DNA of 64,000 nucleotides from the human T2T-CHM13v2.0 reference genome, Homo sapiens (GCF_009914755.1 NC_060926.1); one strand, 5' to 3'; numbered from the stretch's first letter, positions 45,690-60,649 are shown. A program made the numbers and translations. The notes: a model not told the origin generated them from the sequence alone.

Positions 45690-46500
45690 AATTGTAGCCT
45701 GCCTGACTTCTGATTGTTATGGTCCCCGAATAACTTCTTAAATGCTAACCTCAATATATTTTATTTCTCTTCATCCTTCTTGACCTGTTTGCTGCATTTC
45801 ACAGTGCTGATAATTTATTTCTAATTACAACTTTCTGGTGGTTTCTTTGATAGGACATTCTCCTTGTTCTCTTTTCTCACACAGTCTTCTCTGACTCTAT
45901 CATATACTTCTCTTCATTGTCCATCCCTTAAGTGTTGTTGGCACATAGGTTTCAAGTCTAAATAGATTCTTCTTTCCTATTTCTTTGCTAGGATTTTAGT
46001 TACCATCTACGTGTTAGTTACCCTAAATAAAAATCTGCAGACTAGAATTGTCTTTCAAGACTCATATTCGTATATATTCTCGCCAACTAAACATTTCACA
46101 CACCCCAACCTGGTAATAACTAAAACAATTTGTTTCCCCCAACAAACACCCACCTTTTCCTCTTACATTCTCTGTACCCTTTAACCAGTCATGGTGCTTG
46201 GAACTAACTTAGGATATACTACTGAATTCACCTGATCCATGAATTTCCCATGTGTAATCAATCACCAAGTCTTCTCAAATCACCTCCCAAATATGTCTCC
46301 AACCCATTTTGATCACTTTTATCTTAGTTGGGAAACCTAGCCTTCTTTTTTCCAGACAAATGCAATAGTCTCCAAACTCCCTGCCCTCAAACTCACAAGC
46401 TCAAACCCATCCTCTCTTAGAATGATGCTTGACATCTAAATAACAATCTGGACATGTTCATCTTTTGCTTAAAGTGTGCAAATATTTACCATTGTCTGTT
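45690..46500 (-). mobile_element. LINE-2 remnant
   Basis: Pyrimidine-rich antisense L2 phrases (tcatccttcttgacct; aatcaatcaccaagtc; tgcaatagtctcc). Confidence 0.55.
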
Positions 46501-48695
46501 TAAGTGGTGTTCAAAATGACTCTCTGAAAGCCTTAAGGATTATTGGAAGTAACTCAGGGTCCCTGTGGTGGTGATGGGGTTAGGAGGGGAAATTTAAGCG
46601 GTTTCTGTCCTCTCACTGCATTCTTACTCTGTTCTTCCCTGCTTAACCAGACTAGTTCTATTTTTATCATTTTGGATATTTTAGTTCCACAAAGCACTTT
46701 CTTTTAGGTAAATGGATGAAAGAGGGTAGAATGCAGGGAGATAATTGAGTGCTTTAACAAAGTCTGAAAGCCACCAGTCTGTGTGACAACAGTCTGCATT
46801 ACCTCCCCACTGACCAACTTGCCAGCCCCATCCCTTAAAACCCTCTTGCCTTTTAATTTATGCTTCATCACACTCATCTAAACACTTACTTGATTAAAAA
46901 AAAAAAAGACGGGGTTTTACTATGCTACTGATCATAGAAAAATATTCCATTTGAATTAGGCCAATTCTAAATTTGTTTCTTCTTGGATTCATGAATTTGC
47001 TTTCTGTTGCACAGTTGTTTCCTAGAATCGAGATACTGAATTCTAATCTTTTCAGTTTTTCATGCTTATTTCCAGGTGGTTGGCTTTTTTCCCTTGCTAT
47101 TCACAGCGATCCCATCCTTTTCATCGGTATGGCAGGTGGCCTTATAAAAATGAGCATCTGTGAGGCTTTCTAAGAGACCCTTCAGGGATAAATTGAGAGC
47201 CACATTTTGACCTGTTTATGTTTGGGGTATTTCTTTAAAAATCGTCTTTCCAGATTACTTTAAAAATGAACCATACAATTCTGTGCACTAACTAGGCAAG
47301 TATTCTCTAGTCAGGAAACTCAGCTGAATGAGAACTGGAATCTAAAATAAAAGTTGTTTCTATTTGCCTAAGTGCCATTCTCAATATAACATGCTTTTTC
47401 AAAAAGATTCATTAATATGCATTTTAAGATTTTAATTTAGAAACAGTCTATCATTGATCACCACTCTGTTTACATTTTAGCAGTCTGCTGAGAGTACGCT
47501 GTTAGATTCTTTTATATGTTGCTTTTCCTTCTTCCTCCCTTCTTTATTAGCCTCAACACCTTCCTCTGGGATCTTTATTAAAACGATCAAGGGTAGAGGT
47601 TTTAGATTTCATAAATATTGCAACAGTTTCATGCTCTTTGGAGAATGACTCCTTTAGATCAAAATGGCTTCCTATGGGGGCAGAGAGTTTTTCAAAGCCT
47701 GCAAAGTGCAAAGAGTAACACAAAAAGCTACCCTCAATAAACACACAAACATAATATTACGTGGGGCCAATAAATAAGTGTCATTATGTAAGAGGTACTC
47801 AGATCTTTTAAAAATTTTATTCAAAATTATGAAGCTGAACATGCTAGAGTCTCTGGCCTGCACAACTTCTGATGACTGGGATAATTTTGTTAAAAAGCTA
47901 AAGGGAGGTCTGTTAGCCTTTTAAGAAATTGATCACTACCTTCATAAAAGTCTCTGGTGAGGAAATATTCCATTGTGCTGAAGTCTGTATGTTTTGAAAA
48001 AGCTGATTAGAGTTCTTTTTTTTTTTCTTTTTTCTTTTTTTTGGCTCATTCAGCCTCAATGTGTTTGAGGTGCCTGTAGGGAGTATGGGAAAAGGAGTTG
48101 GGAACAAGAAGTTATATAATAAATGATAGAAATCACTATATTGGCACATTATAACTTAGGTCCTATTCCAAATCATATACCCATCACAAATAGGTGATAT
48201 TTGTGATAGGACCATACTAATTTTTAGTATGTTACAGAGTTAAAAAATTTAAAGCAACAGAGACGGAAAGCCTGGTCAAACCACTTAGAGGTTTGGATAA
48301 CTCTTTAACAAGTAAATGAAACAAAATATTTAATCTTTTAGTGTTTCATATGATGGTTAGATCCAGGACTTAGAATGTTGGGCTGCTGAGATGGAATAGA
48401 GAGAGGAATTTGTGTGGTTCAACTTCTCACCTTGTGCTGTAGAACCTGGAATTTACAGAGCAAGATTTAAATAAATGGAAAAAAGAATAGAAGGGCCCCA
48501 GTGCAGTTTGTTCTTGCTCCAATGTTGGGGGAATTAAAAATGGCAAAGAAAGATCCAGATTATTACTTCCTCATTATGACACCCACTTCAACCCTGAGTA
48601 AAATAAGCAAAATCTTGGTATTATCATACTTATAAGGGTGTCTTGTATCATTCTTATAACTGGCCTTCAAGAAGACAAGATCCCCTGATTTCCCA

Positions 48696-49416
48696 GTATC
48701 TCAATGCTTGTTGCAATTTAGAATAATTAGAAGCACTTGCTCAGCTTTGAAAGCACATTGATCCCCAGACTCATTCATTAAATCAGGAATAAGGGGAGAA
48801 TCCTCGGTGTCATTTAGTAGTTTCCTATATGATTCTTTTTTTAACCTTTATTTTGCATTCAGGGGTACAGGTGCAGGTTTGTTATATAGGTAAATTGTGT
48901 GTCCTAGGGGTTTGGTGTACAGATTATTTCATGAACCAGGTAAAAAGTATAGTACCTGACAGTTTTTTTTTAAATCCTCACCCTCCTCACACCCTCCACC
49001 CTCAAGTAGCCCCCCCATGTCTGTTGTTTCCTTGTTTGTGTCCATGTGTATTCAATGTTTTAGCTTGCACTTATAAGTGAGCACATGCAGTATTTGGTTT
49101 TCTGTCCCCATGTTAGTTCGCTTAGGATAATGGCCTCCATCTTCATCCATGTTACTGCAAAGGACATGATCTCATTTGTTTTTATGGCTGTGTATTATTC
49201 CATGATATTCCATGTATATGTACCATGTTTTCTTCATCCAGTCTACTGTTGATGGGCATTTAGGTTGACTCCATGTCTCTGCTGTTGTGAATAGTGCTGT
49301 GATGAATGTATACATGCATGTATCTTTATGGTAGAATGATTTATATTCCTTTGCGTATATACCCAGTAATGGGATTGCTTGTGATTCTAATGCACAGCCA
49401 CAGTTGAGAACTACTG
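48696..49416. mobile_element. MER5-like hAT-Charlie element split by an L1
   Basis: 3' end tgattctaatgcacagccacagttgagaactactg, typical of MER5A/B. Confidence 0.6.
48837..49379 (-). mobile_element. L1PA15/16-like 3' end
   Basis: Antisense 3'UTR (ttcaggggtacaggtgcaggtttgttatataggtaaa) plus ORF2 end. Short TSD t[a/g]tgattct at 48828-48836 and 49380-49388. Confidence 0.85.
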
Positions 49417-49889
49417 TTCTGACTTATATTTTATAAACGGTAAAGCTAGACATTTTCCTTAATCACTACTTTTATCACTGACTCATAATCTCTTCTAATT
49501 TTTTATTGGCCTTTGAATGAAATCTAAATTCTGTCCAGTTTTCAGCATGTTCATTATCTCATAATTTTGTAACATTCTACAGCTCCCATATCTGCTCAAG
49601 ACATGCAGATCTCACTACCAAAAACTTACCATGCTCATCCCAGCTCACTTTCCTTTGCCAAGGTAATTTTTCTTATCTGCATAAATAACTCTCCTGTCTA
49701 CTTTGCCTCATGAAATCCCATTCAACATTGATCACATTCCTCTGTCCCAGATAAATTCCCAGTTGTGGTTTTTACTGCACAATCTAACACCAAATGTCAT
49801 ACTGTCTTGTGGAATGTAGTGTCCATGGAATTTTTTTTCAGCAAAAAATTATTGAGTGTCCACAATATTTCACTATACCAGGATATTTC

Positions 49890-50263
49890 TGTTTTTCAAG
49901 AAAGGCTATACTTATGTTGCCATGACAAACAAACTGAAATTCTTAGTAGCTCAGCAAAGGAGAGGTTATTTCTAACACACGAAGACTTTATTATGATTCC
50001 TTTACCAATGCATTGACTCAGTGATTTAGGGTTACCCATGTCATTGTTCTGATGTCTAAAGACAAAGTATCCATTTTCACCAAAGGGAAAATGCTAGTAG
50101 TGTCAACCTTCACTTCTTAAATGGTTTGGTCTGAATGTGACTCATAACAGTTATGGTAAGCCATTGGCAAGAAATACTCACATGGTCCTGCCTAATTGCA
50201 AGCATCGCTGGGAAATGTGGGGAGCATGTGATGTTTAGAATGATGACAAATGTCTCTGCTGCA
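49890..50263 (-). mobile_element. MLT1I/J-like MaLR LTR
   Basis: ccattggcaagaaatactcacatggtcctgcctaattgcaag...ctgggaaatgtgg...tgtctctgctgca. Confidence 0.6.
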
Positions 50264-52009
50264 TGTTTTCAATTTGCGATCTCATGTATCCTTTGCTACA
50301 ACTCTAAAACATTGAAAGGTATATATTACATATCTAGTATCATTTTGTAATTACCACTATTATTATATTTATAGATACGGATAGGTGAAATGACGTCTCT
50401 ATCATCACACAACTATATAGTGCATGGTGACTATATATATAGTTGACTTTAAATTCCACAATTCATAAGCCATAGACTCCTTGAAAGCAGAGGCCAAGTA
50501 TTACCTTCATTCATTGGCAAATGAGATAGCTATTTGTCAGTAAATGGTATCTGATTCAACTGGTAGACTCTACTCAAAATTCAAGTACCTATTGGCTTTT
50601 ATTCTTTATTGTGCTTCAGACGTTCCTGGTTAGAAAGTGAGCATGAATGAATGATTACTTCATTGCTTAATGAAAGAATAATTAATTCTGTTTAAGAGAA
50701 TTTCACTGCTTGAGTCTTGTGCTCCACTAGTGAGTGACATTTACAGCTTTTAGGTACAGAAAAGGCGAAGGTAGTGTGTGAAGGGGAGAGAAGGAAAAAA
50801 AATAAAGTCATAAAAAGTTCATATAAAAACTTTTTGTATAGAGATTATGTATAATGTTCTGGCAGTTTTTATATGGTCTTGAAATGTCACTTTCTGTTTA
50901 TTGAGGTCATACATTGTTAATTTGAAACAAAATTAAATAAACAGAAGAATTGCCAACTAGGGCTAAAAAACACAAGCTATATCTGAGAATAGGTCTCATG
51001 CTTGGTCTTCAATTTTATTTTATTTTATTTTTGCTTGTAGCACTAAACATTCTGCCTAAAAAGTAGAGTGTAGAGTGCAGAGGAGAAGAGTAAAGAAGGA
51101 ACTGATTTGATGATCTGAAGTCTTGCAAAAAGCCATGATGTTTTATAGGCAAAAGGGTCTGAGAGTTTGCAAATTTCTTCTCCACATCCCTGGCTTCGCT
51201 CTCATGGTGGCTGCCATGGAGCCAGAATACTGGCTGAATTGATGACCTGTAACAATGCCACCTTCTAGGGAAAGGGACAGAAACAACCATAAGTAAGGGA
51301 GGCGCTTCCTTAGTAGAAAGACCATGGGTCTTAAAGCCAGACCATCTTGGCTTGAAACCAGGCTCTTTTACATTTTAGCTGTGTATTTGCAGAATTTAAC
51401 CTCTTTAAATCTTTGTCTTTCCTGAAAAATAGTACACCAATACCTATTTTACAATAATTACTAGAGGACCAGAAGTAATTAATGTAAAGCACCTACCTTA
51501 TTTCTTGATTTAGAAAAAAAATCAGTAAATGTCATGGCTTAAAGAAAGTTACAGAAGGCAAGCACGGGATGAGTAGGTTAACTCAATTTAGCATCGTTCT
51601 TATGTGACAAACTTGCAATTTTTTTCTTTGAATCAAAAGTTCCAAGTTTTAAAATAGTATCCTCATTTTACTTGCCAATTAGCTATCACAATATTTGAGA
51701 TAAGATTAATGGTAGGAATGCAGCAAATATAATTATATGAAGGATGACATAAAATTTTAAGGTATTTGTTTGGGGTTGCAACTCTTTATAAAATCTATAT
51801 AGGCAGTTACTGCCATTATCTTTTGATCCCAGGACATCTACTTTTTATGTTTGTATATGTGTATATCTCCATCTATTTCTTGTGCCTACAATTCATTGCA
51901 CTTGAACTACAGAATCCTCATGGGTTAACAGCAGATAAGACATTTTGGAATTATGTATAATCAGGTATTCACTGACTCAATTTGGGCAAACACTCAGATG
52001 AATCTATCT

Positions 52010-52520
52010 TTTTTATTCACCAATTTACTCATTATTCAATGGATGTGCACTTAGTACCAAACACTGTTTTAGACATTTTGTATACCTGTAACTCAATGAA
52101 CGAAACAAAGTTTCCTAAGTATATGGGGACTACATTTTAGTGGGAAGAAATGAGACAGTACATGGTAAACATAATAAAAATATTATATAATATATTGGAA
52201 GATGACAAGTGTTATAAGAAAAAAAAAATACAGAGAAAGGAGAATTGAGAGTGTCCTGGCTAATGGTGATAGAGGGAACAGATTTTAGTGTTAGATAGAG
52301 TTACCAGGGATCATCTCATGAGAACGTAAATTCAGCAAATTCCTGAAAGAAATAAGGGGTTTAGCCATGCAAATATATGGGAAAGAGAGTTCCAGGCAGA
52401 AGGAATAGTAAATACGTCACTATGACTGGAGAGGACTAAGGAAGAGGAAGACTAATAGGAGGTTATGAAGGTAACATGGGCCAGCAGGTAGACAATGTAG
52501 GGCTCTGTGTGACATTGTAA
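52010..52520 (+). mobile_element. LINE-2 3' remnant
   Basis: tcattattcaa...ttagccatgcaaatatatgggaaagagagttccaggcagaaggaatag. Strand assigned tentatively. Confidence 0.55.
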
Positions 52521-55500
52521 GCTATTTCCCCCCACTTATTTACCAAAATAGCAAGTAGAATCAAACATATGCAATGTGATAGCAACAATGAAACACTCAA
52601 GGAGAATAACACATCTGCAAAAGTTGATAATTAAATTCAGTCAGATTATTTTTCATTTTTAACTACAACACATTTAGTCTTATAGGAAAAACTTTCACAT
52701 TAGAGGATAAGTACTTTACTGGCCATCAAGTGTTTGAGTATTATACTTAGTCTGTATCCTGATATGTAACGCATCCCTTAAGAAAGAAACCTTAATCGAG
52801 CTTATAGTTATACTTTTCAATGTTAATAATCACTCTTTACCATAAAAAGAGTTTCCCAAAATATTTCTTCAGTTTTTTTTTTAAATTCTGCTGAGTTTTA
52901 AAACATATTTTCTCCTAGTCAGTACTCAGTGGAAATGAGAAACAGCTGGCCAACATCTTACATAATCTATCATGTAGGTAATAATTATTATTAATTTACC
53001 TGAAGAATGGTCTCTTTTCCCAGATAAAACATAATATTCGTATAATCTTCTGTCATAAACACTCTTTTCTGTTATTTTAGTTCTTTGGGATTATAATTGC
53101 TATTTAAATTTAATATATTTTTACCTGATCAATACTTAATTTTTCTAATTTACATCAAATCAGATTTAAAATTATTTGAATAAACTATTTGTATAACTCA
53201 TGTTAAAACTACTAGTTACTTGGAAAAGAAAAATTTTGAATGAATCCTCAAAATTGCCAAAGCATTAACAGTGTATAGGTTAATTCCTGTACCTTATTTT
53301 GTTAAAATAGTCAAAGACACATGAAATGCACTGGTTATTTGTTGCTGTCTTATCAACTAACAAAATTTACAAATGTAACATAAATATGATAACTTGATTT
53401 CCAAGGTAAAGCATAAGTTCATTAGACACTCATCTAATCTTTGGGACACAGAACATGATAGAAATTCATGAAATTACAGTTCTTAGAGTATTTTTTAGGA
53501 TACAACTACTTGGGAAAGGTGGCTCAGAAGATGTAGATGTATGTTGCCACCTATTATCATGGAAAAGAATTGGCTCATGTATTCAGATAATAAAATATAG
53601 CATTCAGCTCATTCTCTAATTCTCACGGCAGCTCTTAATGGAGTAAGGAATCCACCAATTCAGAGAAACTCAACGGTGTAGATTCACTGCCTTTGTACTA
53701 TGTGTGGTGAAGTTATGTTGACCCTCAAGGCTATACCTCATCACTATAGAAGGAATATATTGCGGTGACACAGTTACATGTATCCATAATTATTACTTGC
53801 TGTGTCATTCGGTGTATTTGAGCTTTCAGTGAAGCTAGCCGGGTCATAGCCACAACCTACCAAATAGTGCCAATAGAATGAACAGTTTAGATATTGCCCG
53901 CAAAAGCTTGGATTACTTGCTCATAATAACTAATTTTAACTAGAAAAATGTCATGGGTTATGCTGAAGATTCACTCAGTATTTTATTTCTCATTTCAAGC
54001 TATGGCAGGTTATATTAGCCAATCCAGATCGTCAGAGACAGTATGCAAAAAGTATTGTATAGTATTGTTTTAAAATACACAGTCATAAAATAAATACCCT
54101 CTTATTAATTTCCATAATGGAAATTAAAATGCAAATCAAAAAATTTTCTTCAATTACCAAAGATATGTTAATTTACAGCATAAAATATCTTCTCTTTTGA
54201 AGAAATTTTAAAATCCAGATATCATGCATTCCTTATTTTCTTATACTCATTTTCAGCCATAAGAATCCTACACAGATGCCTGGTTACTTTCTGGTTTCTG
54301 CCAGCAAATATGATCTGAGTCGTTTTCCCCAGAAATGGTAGAGATAACAAAGGACACCCAAAATTGTATTAATTCATACTTCCAATTTTCCAAAATAAAA
54401 TGTGTCAATAGCAAGCTATCAGAGCACAACCTCACAATTATAATATTTAGAAAATACATACACTTTCTTGATGATAACAGCATTCTGTAATTCAAGCACT
54501 GGTTTCCTTATCCAATGCAAAAAAAAAAAAGAAAAAAAAAAGAGATTAAATAACTCACGTCATGTACTTGAAAACTACAATCTTATTTCCAACCAGAGGC
54601 CCAAGTAGGAACCTGACTGTAATCTAGAGGATAATAGGTGAGAATTTTGGAGGTGGTGAGGATTGAATGGAGAAAATGGGAAGAGAAAGAAGCTTAGTTT
54701 CAGCTTCAGCCTGTGTGTTAATTCATGCTACTTATCCAGAATTTATTGTGGGATGAAATTCAATTAGGAAAACTTTTTATTAAGAAGGTAATAGTAACAC
54801 TATTGGCACTGCTTAGTTTTGGAAGGTTCAACTTGCTTCTAATGTGTTTTCAAATCTACAGTAACTCTCTTTTCTTTCCCTTTTCTCTCTATTTCATTTC
54901 TTTGTCTTACATATGCCCTTTGGTATCCCTCTTAGTATGAGAGATATAAAATTAATAATTCCTATGTAATATTTATTGAACTCTTAGTACCAGATACCAT
55001 GTCAATTGCCTTTTCATAATCATCTATAAAATAGGCATCACTGTCTCACTTTTACTAACAAAAAAAAAAAATGTATAAACATAGAAGGGATGTTGTTTAC
55101 TGTAATTTACATTTTGTGAAATGGTGAGCCTGGAATTTATCTTTTCAAAGAAACCGCTTTTGGTTTTATTGATTTTTCTCTATTGTATTTCTATTTTTCA
55201 TTTAATTTATTTCTGCATGAATTATTATTTATTTCCTTCTGCTTGTTTTAGGCTGAACTGCTCTTTTTCATCTAGTTTGTTAAGGTACATATTTAGATGA
55301 TTGATTTTTGTTCATATATATGTACATATATAGCCATAAATTTCTCTCTAAGCTCTACTTTCACTTTGTCTTATAATTTTAACTGGTTGTATTTTTATTT
55401 TCGTTGGGTTAAAAATATTTCAAAAATTCATCTTGAGATTTATTGGTAATTTATATGATACTTAGAACTGTGTTACCTAGTTTTCAAATATTTTGGAATT

Positions 55501-56408
55501 TACTTGTTTTCTTTCTGCTCTTGGTTTCTATTTCCATTGTGGTCTGAGAATATACTTGGTATGATTTCTATTGTTTTAAATTTGTTCGTGTGTATTTTAC
55601 AGCCTGTAATTTGGTCTATCAGGGTGGGTTTTTTCCAAGCTTGAGAAGAATGTGTTTTTGCTGTTGTTGGATGGAGTGTTATATAAATGTCAAGTAGTTC
55701 AAGTTAACTGATCATGCTCTTCAGGTCAACTTTACCTTTACTGATTTTCTGACTGCTTAATTTGTTAAGTAGGAAAAGAAGGGTGTTGAATCTCCAATTA
55801 TAATAGTGAATTTGTCTGTTTCTACTTTAAGTTCTATAAGTTTTTGCCCCCTGTATTTTGATGCTTAGTTTTTTGGTGCATATATGTTAATTATTGTTAT
55901 GTATTTTTGGAGAATTGATTCCTTTATCATTATGTAATGACTCTCTTTATCCTGAATACTTTTTATTGTTCTGAGGTTGGTTTTGTCTGAAATTAATGTA
56001 GTTCTCCAACTTTCTTTTGCTTAGTGTTATCAGGGTATAGTTTTGTCCATCCCTTTAATTTTTGTCTATCTGTTTTTATATTTAAAGTAGGCTTATTATA
56101 GACAGTATAGAGTATAGTTTCTTGTAAATAGTAAATAGACAGTATATAGTTTATTTACTCTGATCTCTGTGTTTTAATTGGTACATTTACCCCACTCCCA
56201 TTAAAAACTTATTAATATAGTTGGGTTAATATCTACCATGTCTGTCTTTTATTCATTACATTTATTTTTTCTTCCTTCTTTCCACACTTTGTCTTCTGTA
56301 GTTTTAGTTGACTATTTTGTATGCTTCCATTTGGTTCTCTCTCTTTGCATAGAAATTATAGTTCTTAAAAAAAAAAAAGCTAGTGGTTTCTCTAGAGTTT
56401 CAGTATAC

Positions 56409-56624
56409 TTTTTTATTTTAAATTTTAGTATTTGTGTGTAAATAGTACAATAGTATACATATATATTTATGGGGTATATAAGATATTTTGATACAGGCAT
56501 GCAATGCATAATAATCACATTAAGGTAAATGGGGTATCCATCACCTCAAGCATTTATCCTTTACAAATAATCCAATTATACTCTTTTAGTTATTGTAAAA
56601 TGTACAATAAATTACTGTTGACTG
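56409..56624 (-). mobile_element. L1MA2/3-like 3' end nested in the older L1M
   Basis: aatggggtatccatcacctcaagcatttatcct. TSD tcagtatac at 56400-56408 and 56625-56633. Confidence 0.8.
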
Positions 56625-57101
56625 TCAGTATACATTTTTAACTGATCTAAGTCTTCCTATAAATAACACTATACTACTTCTTATGTAAGATTCTTTATTA
56701 TAAAGTATTTCCTATTTCTCCCTCCCTTTCCTTATGACACTTCTGTCATTTATTTTACTTATTCATAGGCTATAATCACCCAATACCTTACTGTTATTAT
56801 TTTAAACAAAGTCTTCTTGTAGATGAATTTAGAGTAAGAATATTTTTTTAATTTATTCCTTCTCTGACAGACTTTCTTTTTGTGTAGATTTGAAATTATG
56901 ACATACATAATTTTCCTTCTCCTTGAAGAGTTTTCTTTTCCTTGAAGAACTTCATTTAACATTTCTTGTAGAGTAAGTCTTATGGTAATGAGTTCTCTGT
57001 TTTTGTTTGCATGAGGAAGTACTTATTTTTGCTTATCTACTTAAGGATAATTTTACTGGTTATAGAATTCTAGACTGGTGTTTTCTTTAAGAACACTTTA
57101 A

Positions 57102-57573
<472 letters not shown>

Positions 57574-60139
57574 TAAATTTAATATGTCTAGATTTAATTT
57601 CATTGTTTTTGTTATTCTGCTAGATGTTTAAATGTTCTGAATTTGTAGTTTGGTGTCTGTCGTTAAATTTAAAATTGTTTCAGCAATCATTATTTTAATT
57701 TTCTGCTCTATTTTTATATTCTGTCTCATAGTCCAATATCACTTATGTTACACATTTAAAAAATTTTCCACAACAGTTTCTGGATGTTATCATTTTATTA
57801 TTTTCCACATTCTTTTCTCTCTTTGCATGTTAGCTTTGGAAGCCTCTAGTGATATATCTTCAGGCTCACTAATTCTTTTCTCCAGTGTGCCCAGTCTACT
57901 AATGTCTCCATCAAAGACATTTTTCATTTCTGTTATGGTGTTTTTTAATTTTATCGTTGTCTTTTAATTATTTCTCAGAATTTCAATCTCTCTGCTTATA
58001 CTACCCATTTGTTCTTGAATGTTGTCTACTTTTTCCATTAGAGTTCTTACATTATTAATCATAGTTATTTTTTATTTTCTGTCTAATAATTCCAATGTCT
58101 ATGTCATATCTGAATCTAGTTTTGATATCTGCTTTGTCTCTTCAAACTATGCTTTTTGCCTTTTTGAATATCTTCTATTTTGTTGTTGAAAACCAGAATG
58201 TTGTATTGGGTAATAATAACTGAGGTAAATAGGGCTTTAGTGTAAAGTTTTATGTTAATCTGCTTTTTCAAATGTTTTCTGTGTTAGCTTTTAGTGTCTT
58301 TTTTTTCTTTTTTTGGCTTTGAGTTTCTCTAAGTTTCCCTCCTCAAACGGTTGTCTTGCAGCTCTTTCAGCTATAGTCTACTTGAGACTTGGATGGTGGC
58401 AAGGCATAGAGAAGAAAAAATGCTCTGTTATCTTATAATTTTGGTGGACTTGTTTCTGAACTGTGACCTTCAATTGTTTCTATTAGGCTAGATTGTTTCT
58501 CCCTTAGACTAGACAGGAGGGTTGGAGGGGGCTAAAATGGGAGAAATGCCCTTCCCGTAGCTCTGGTAAAGTCTTTTTTTCTGGAGAACAGGCCTATATT
58601 ATGAAGAATCTTTAGAGCTTATTTCACAATGATTACATTTCCTTCCCCTGCAAGAGCTACAAGAACATCTTTCTTGACTTTTCACCATGAAAACTTTGTG
58701 AGGTCCCTGGAGGTTAAACCCATGAATATGTGGGATCCCTCTGAACACTTTCGGCCCCAGTACTTTCTCACTTTCAAGATTGTCTGCATTCAGCCTCTAC
58801 TAATTCATCAAAGTGATCATTTTAAATATTCTACAGTAAATGGCTGTAGCAGTTTCTCCTCCAGGTAAGCAGATCTTATCTGCCTCTCTAAATTTCAAGT
58901 TTGCCCTGAGACCTCAGTTCTCTGAATCCAAGGAAAATCATTTATTTTCAATTCATTCTTTTGTTGTTGTTGCTGTTTATTTCTTTTTGTAAGGATGAGA
59001 ATGACATTTCCTAAGCTCTTTCATGTGAACGTTGAAACCCTAAGTCTGAGGCTGGGATTTAAACCTGAATCTGCCTGACTTGGAAGTTTAGATTTTTTTC
59101 TTTATGCAATGATTCATTAATTTTTTAAAAATCTCATCATTAATAAGACTCGATTTTCTAGTTAAACATTTTTAAAATGGCATTTTCTTACATTTCTAGT
59201 TTTTCTCTCTGAGTTGAGTCACGGAGTTATGTGAGTTTCATGTAACTGTCCATAGTTAAATAAAATGGGAAATTAGGTGTAACTGGGCCGAAATGGACAG
59301 AATAGACATTATAGTAAAGGTTCTTTTTGCTTTGGTTTCAAGTTGCACTAATAAACAGCTTAGACACAGGCAAATAGTCAAGTACTTTAAAAAAAAAGCA
59401 GTAGACGGCATAAACAGAAAAATTGAGAGCAGGTAGGACAAGACTGGCCATTTAAATGGATCATTAAAGGAAGACACATTTGGCTATATTGCTCCACAGA
59501 GAGCTTCTTTGTGTAGGTTTATGAACTCTGGGAGAAAGGCTGAGTTAGGCCTAATTATATTTAGATTAGCTCTGCAATGTAAATGCCTAACCTTCTCTCA
59601 GTTCTTTTTTTTCTTCCTTTATCTCTGTTTTATTTATTTTATTTTTTTGAATTTTGGAGTGAGCCCATAGATCTTTATTCTTTGACCTTTCTATTATATG
59701 TGTGCTTTAATCAGCTATTGCTTCTTTATCTTTCCATAAAAATTAAGAGATGACAATCTGTTTACCTTTATGCTGAAAGAAAAAGATATTCATAATACAT
59801 TTTTAAATAAAAACAAGTTGCAACAAACCCACACCCATCATTGCTGCTTGTTTATTGTCTCCAAATTTTAGGTGAATTATTTCCCTTTAAATAGCATCGA
59901 GAAAATCTGAGAATAATATAATTTGGGCTTTAGACATTGTAGAGAAGTGAAAGAATCATTTCTCTATGACTATTATTCCTGGAGTATTACTTTTTTATTT
60001 GTATTTTTTGCTTTCTCCCCCAATGAATACTTGTTTTGCCATTATTTTTTCTTTACCCCAGATGACAGGTGAGAGGATCTTTGCTTTACAATGTTATCTT
60101 TTAAAGTGGTATATGCATGTTTTCCTTACATATAATACT

Positions 60140-60310
60140 ATAGTAGTCCTTATCCATTTCTGATGTCATAGATACTTTTGAGAAACTGATGAAAGCCAAA
60201 AATTTCTTTACAGAAAAATTAATATACACATGAATTTTGCATGTACAGTAATTTCAAGAGGTTTAGAGATTTTAAAAAAAAGTTTCTGATATTCAGGTTA
60301 AAAACACTTG
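60140..60310. mobile_element. MER112/MER117-like hAT-Charlie relic
   Basis: ttttgagaaactgatgaaagc...cagaaaaat...aattttgcat...caggttaaaaacacttg. Confidence 0.5.
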
Positions 60311-60595
60311 ACATATATTTGTATCTCACAGGTGACTACTGCCTTTTGCAAGACATGTGGTATAAAAAGTTTTGCCCAGTCTGTAACAGAGAAGTAGTTT
60401 CTCCCTGATTCAACACCCTGAGACAATATTCTTTACCTATGAACTTGCTATGGACAACAATAGGATTTGTTGAAAATGACTGGAACTACTGTGTGTAATA
60501 AGAACAGTACCGAGATTACTGTGCATATTTATCTGTATAACAAATTATCAAAGATATTTAAGTAGTTTCCTGTTTCTCTTTGCATCATAACCCTT

Positions 60596-60649
60596 AGTTG
60601 TTGTGACTAAGAGATTGGCCTTGAGTTGTTGTGACTGAGATTGGTCTTG
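60596..60649. repeat. Imperfect tandem duplication, 28 + 26 bp
   Basis: agttgttgtgactaagagattggccttg / agttgttgtgactgagattggtcttg. Confidence 0.9.

Noticed and set aside
47041-47133. Candidate exon 47076-47127
   Set aside because: There is a competing upstream AG inside the pyrimidine tract and the donor is weak (TCG|gtatgg).
56911-56950. 20-bp imperfect direct repeat in the old L1
   Set aside because: An ordinary slippage duplication in decayed repeat DNA.
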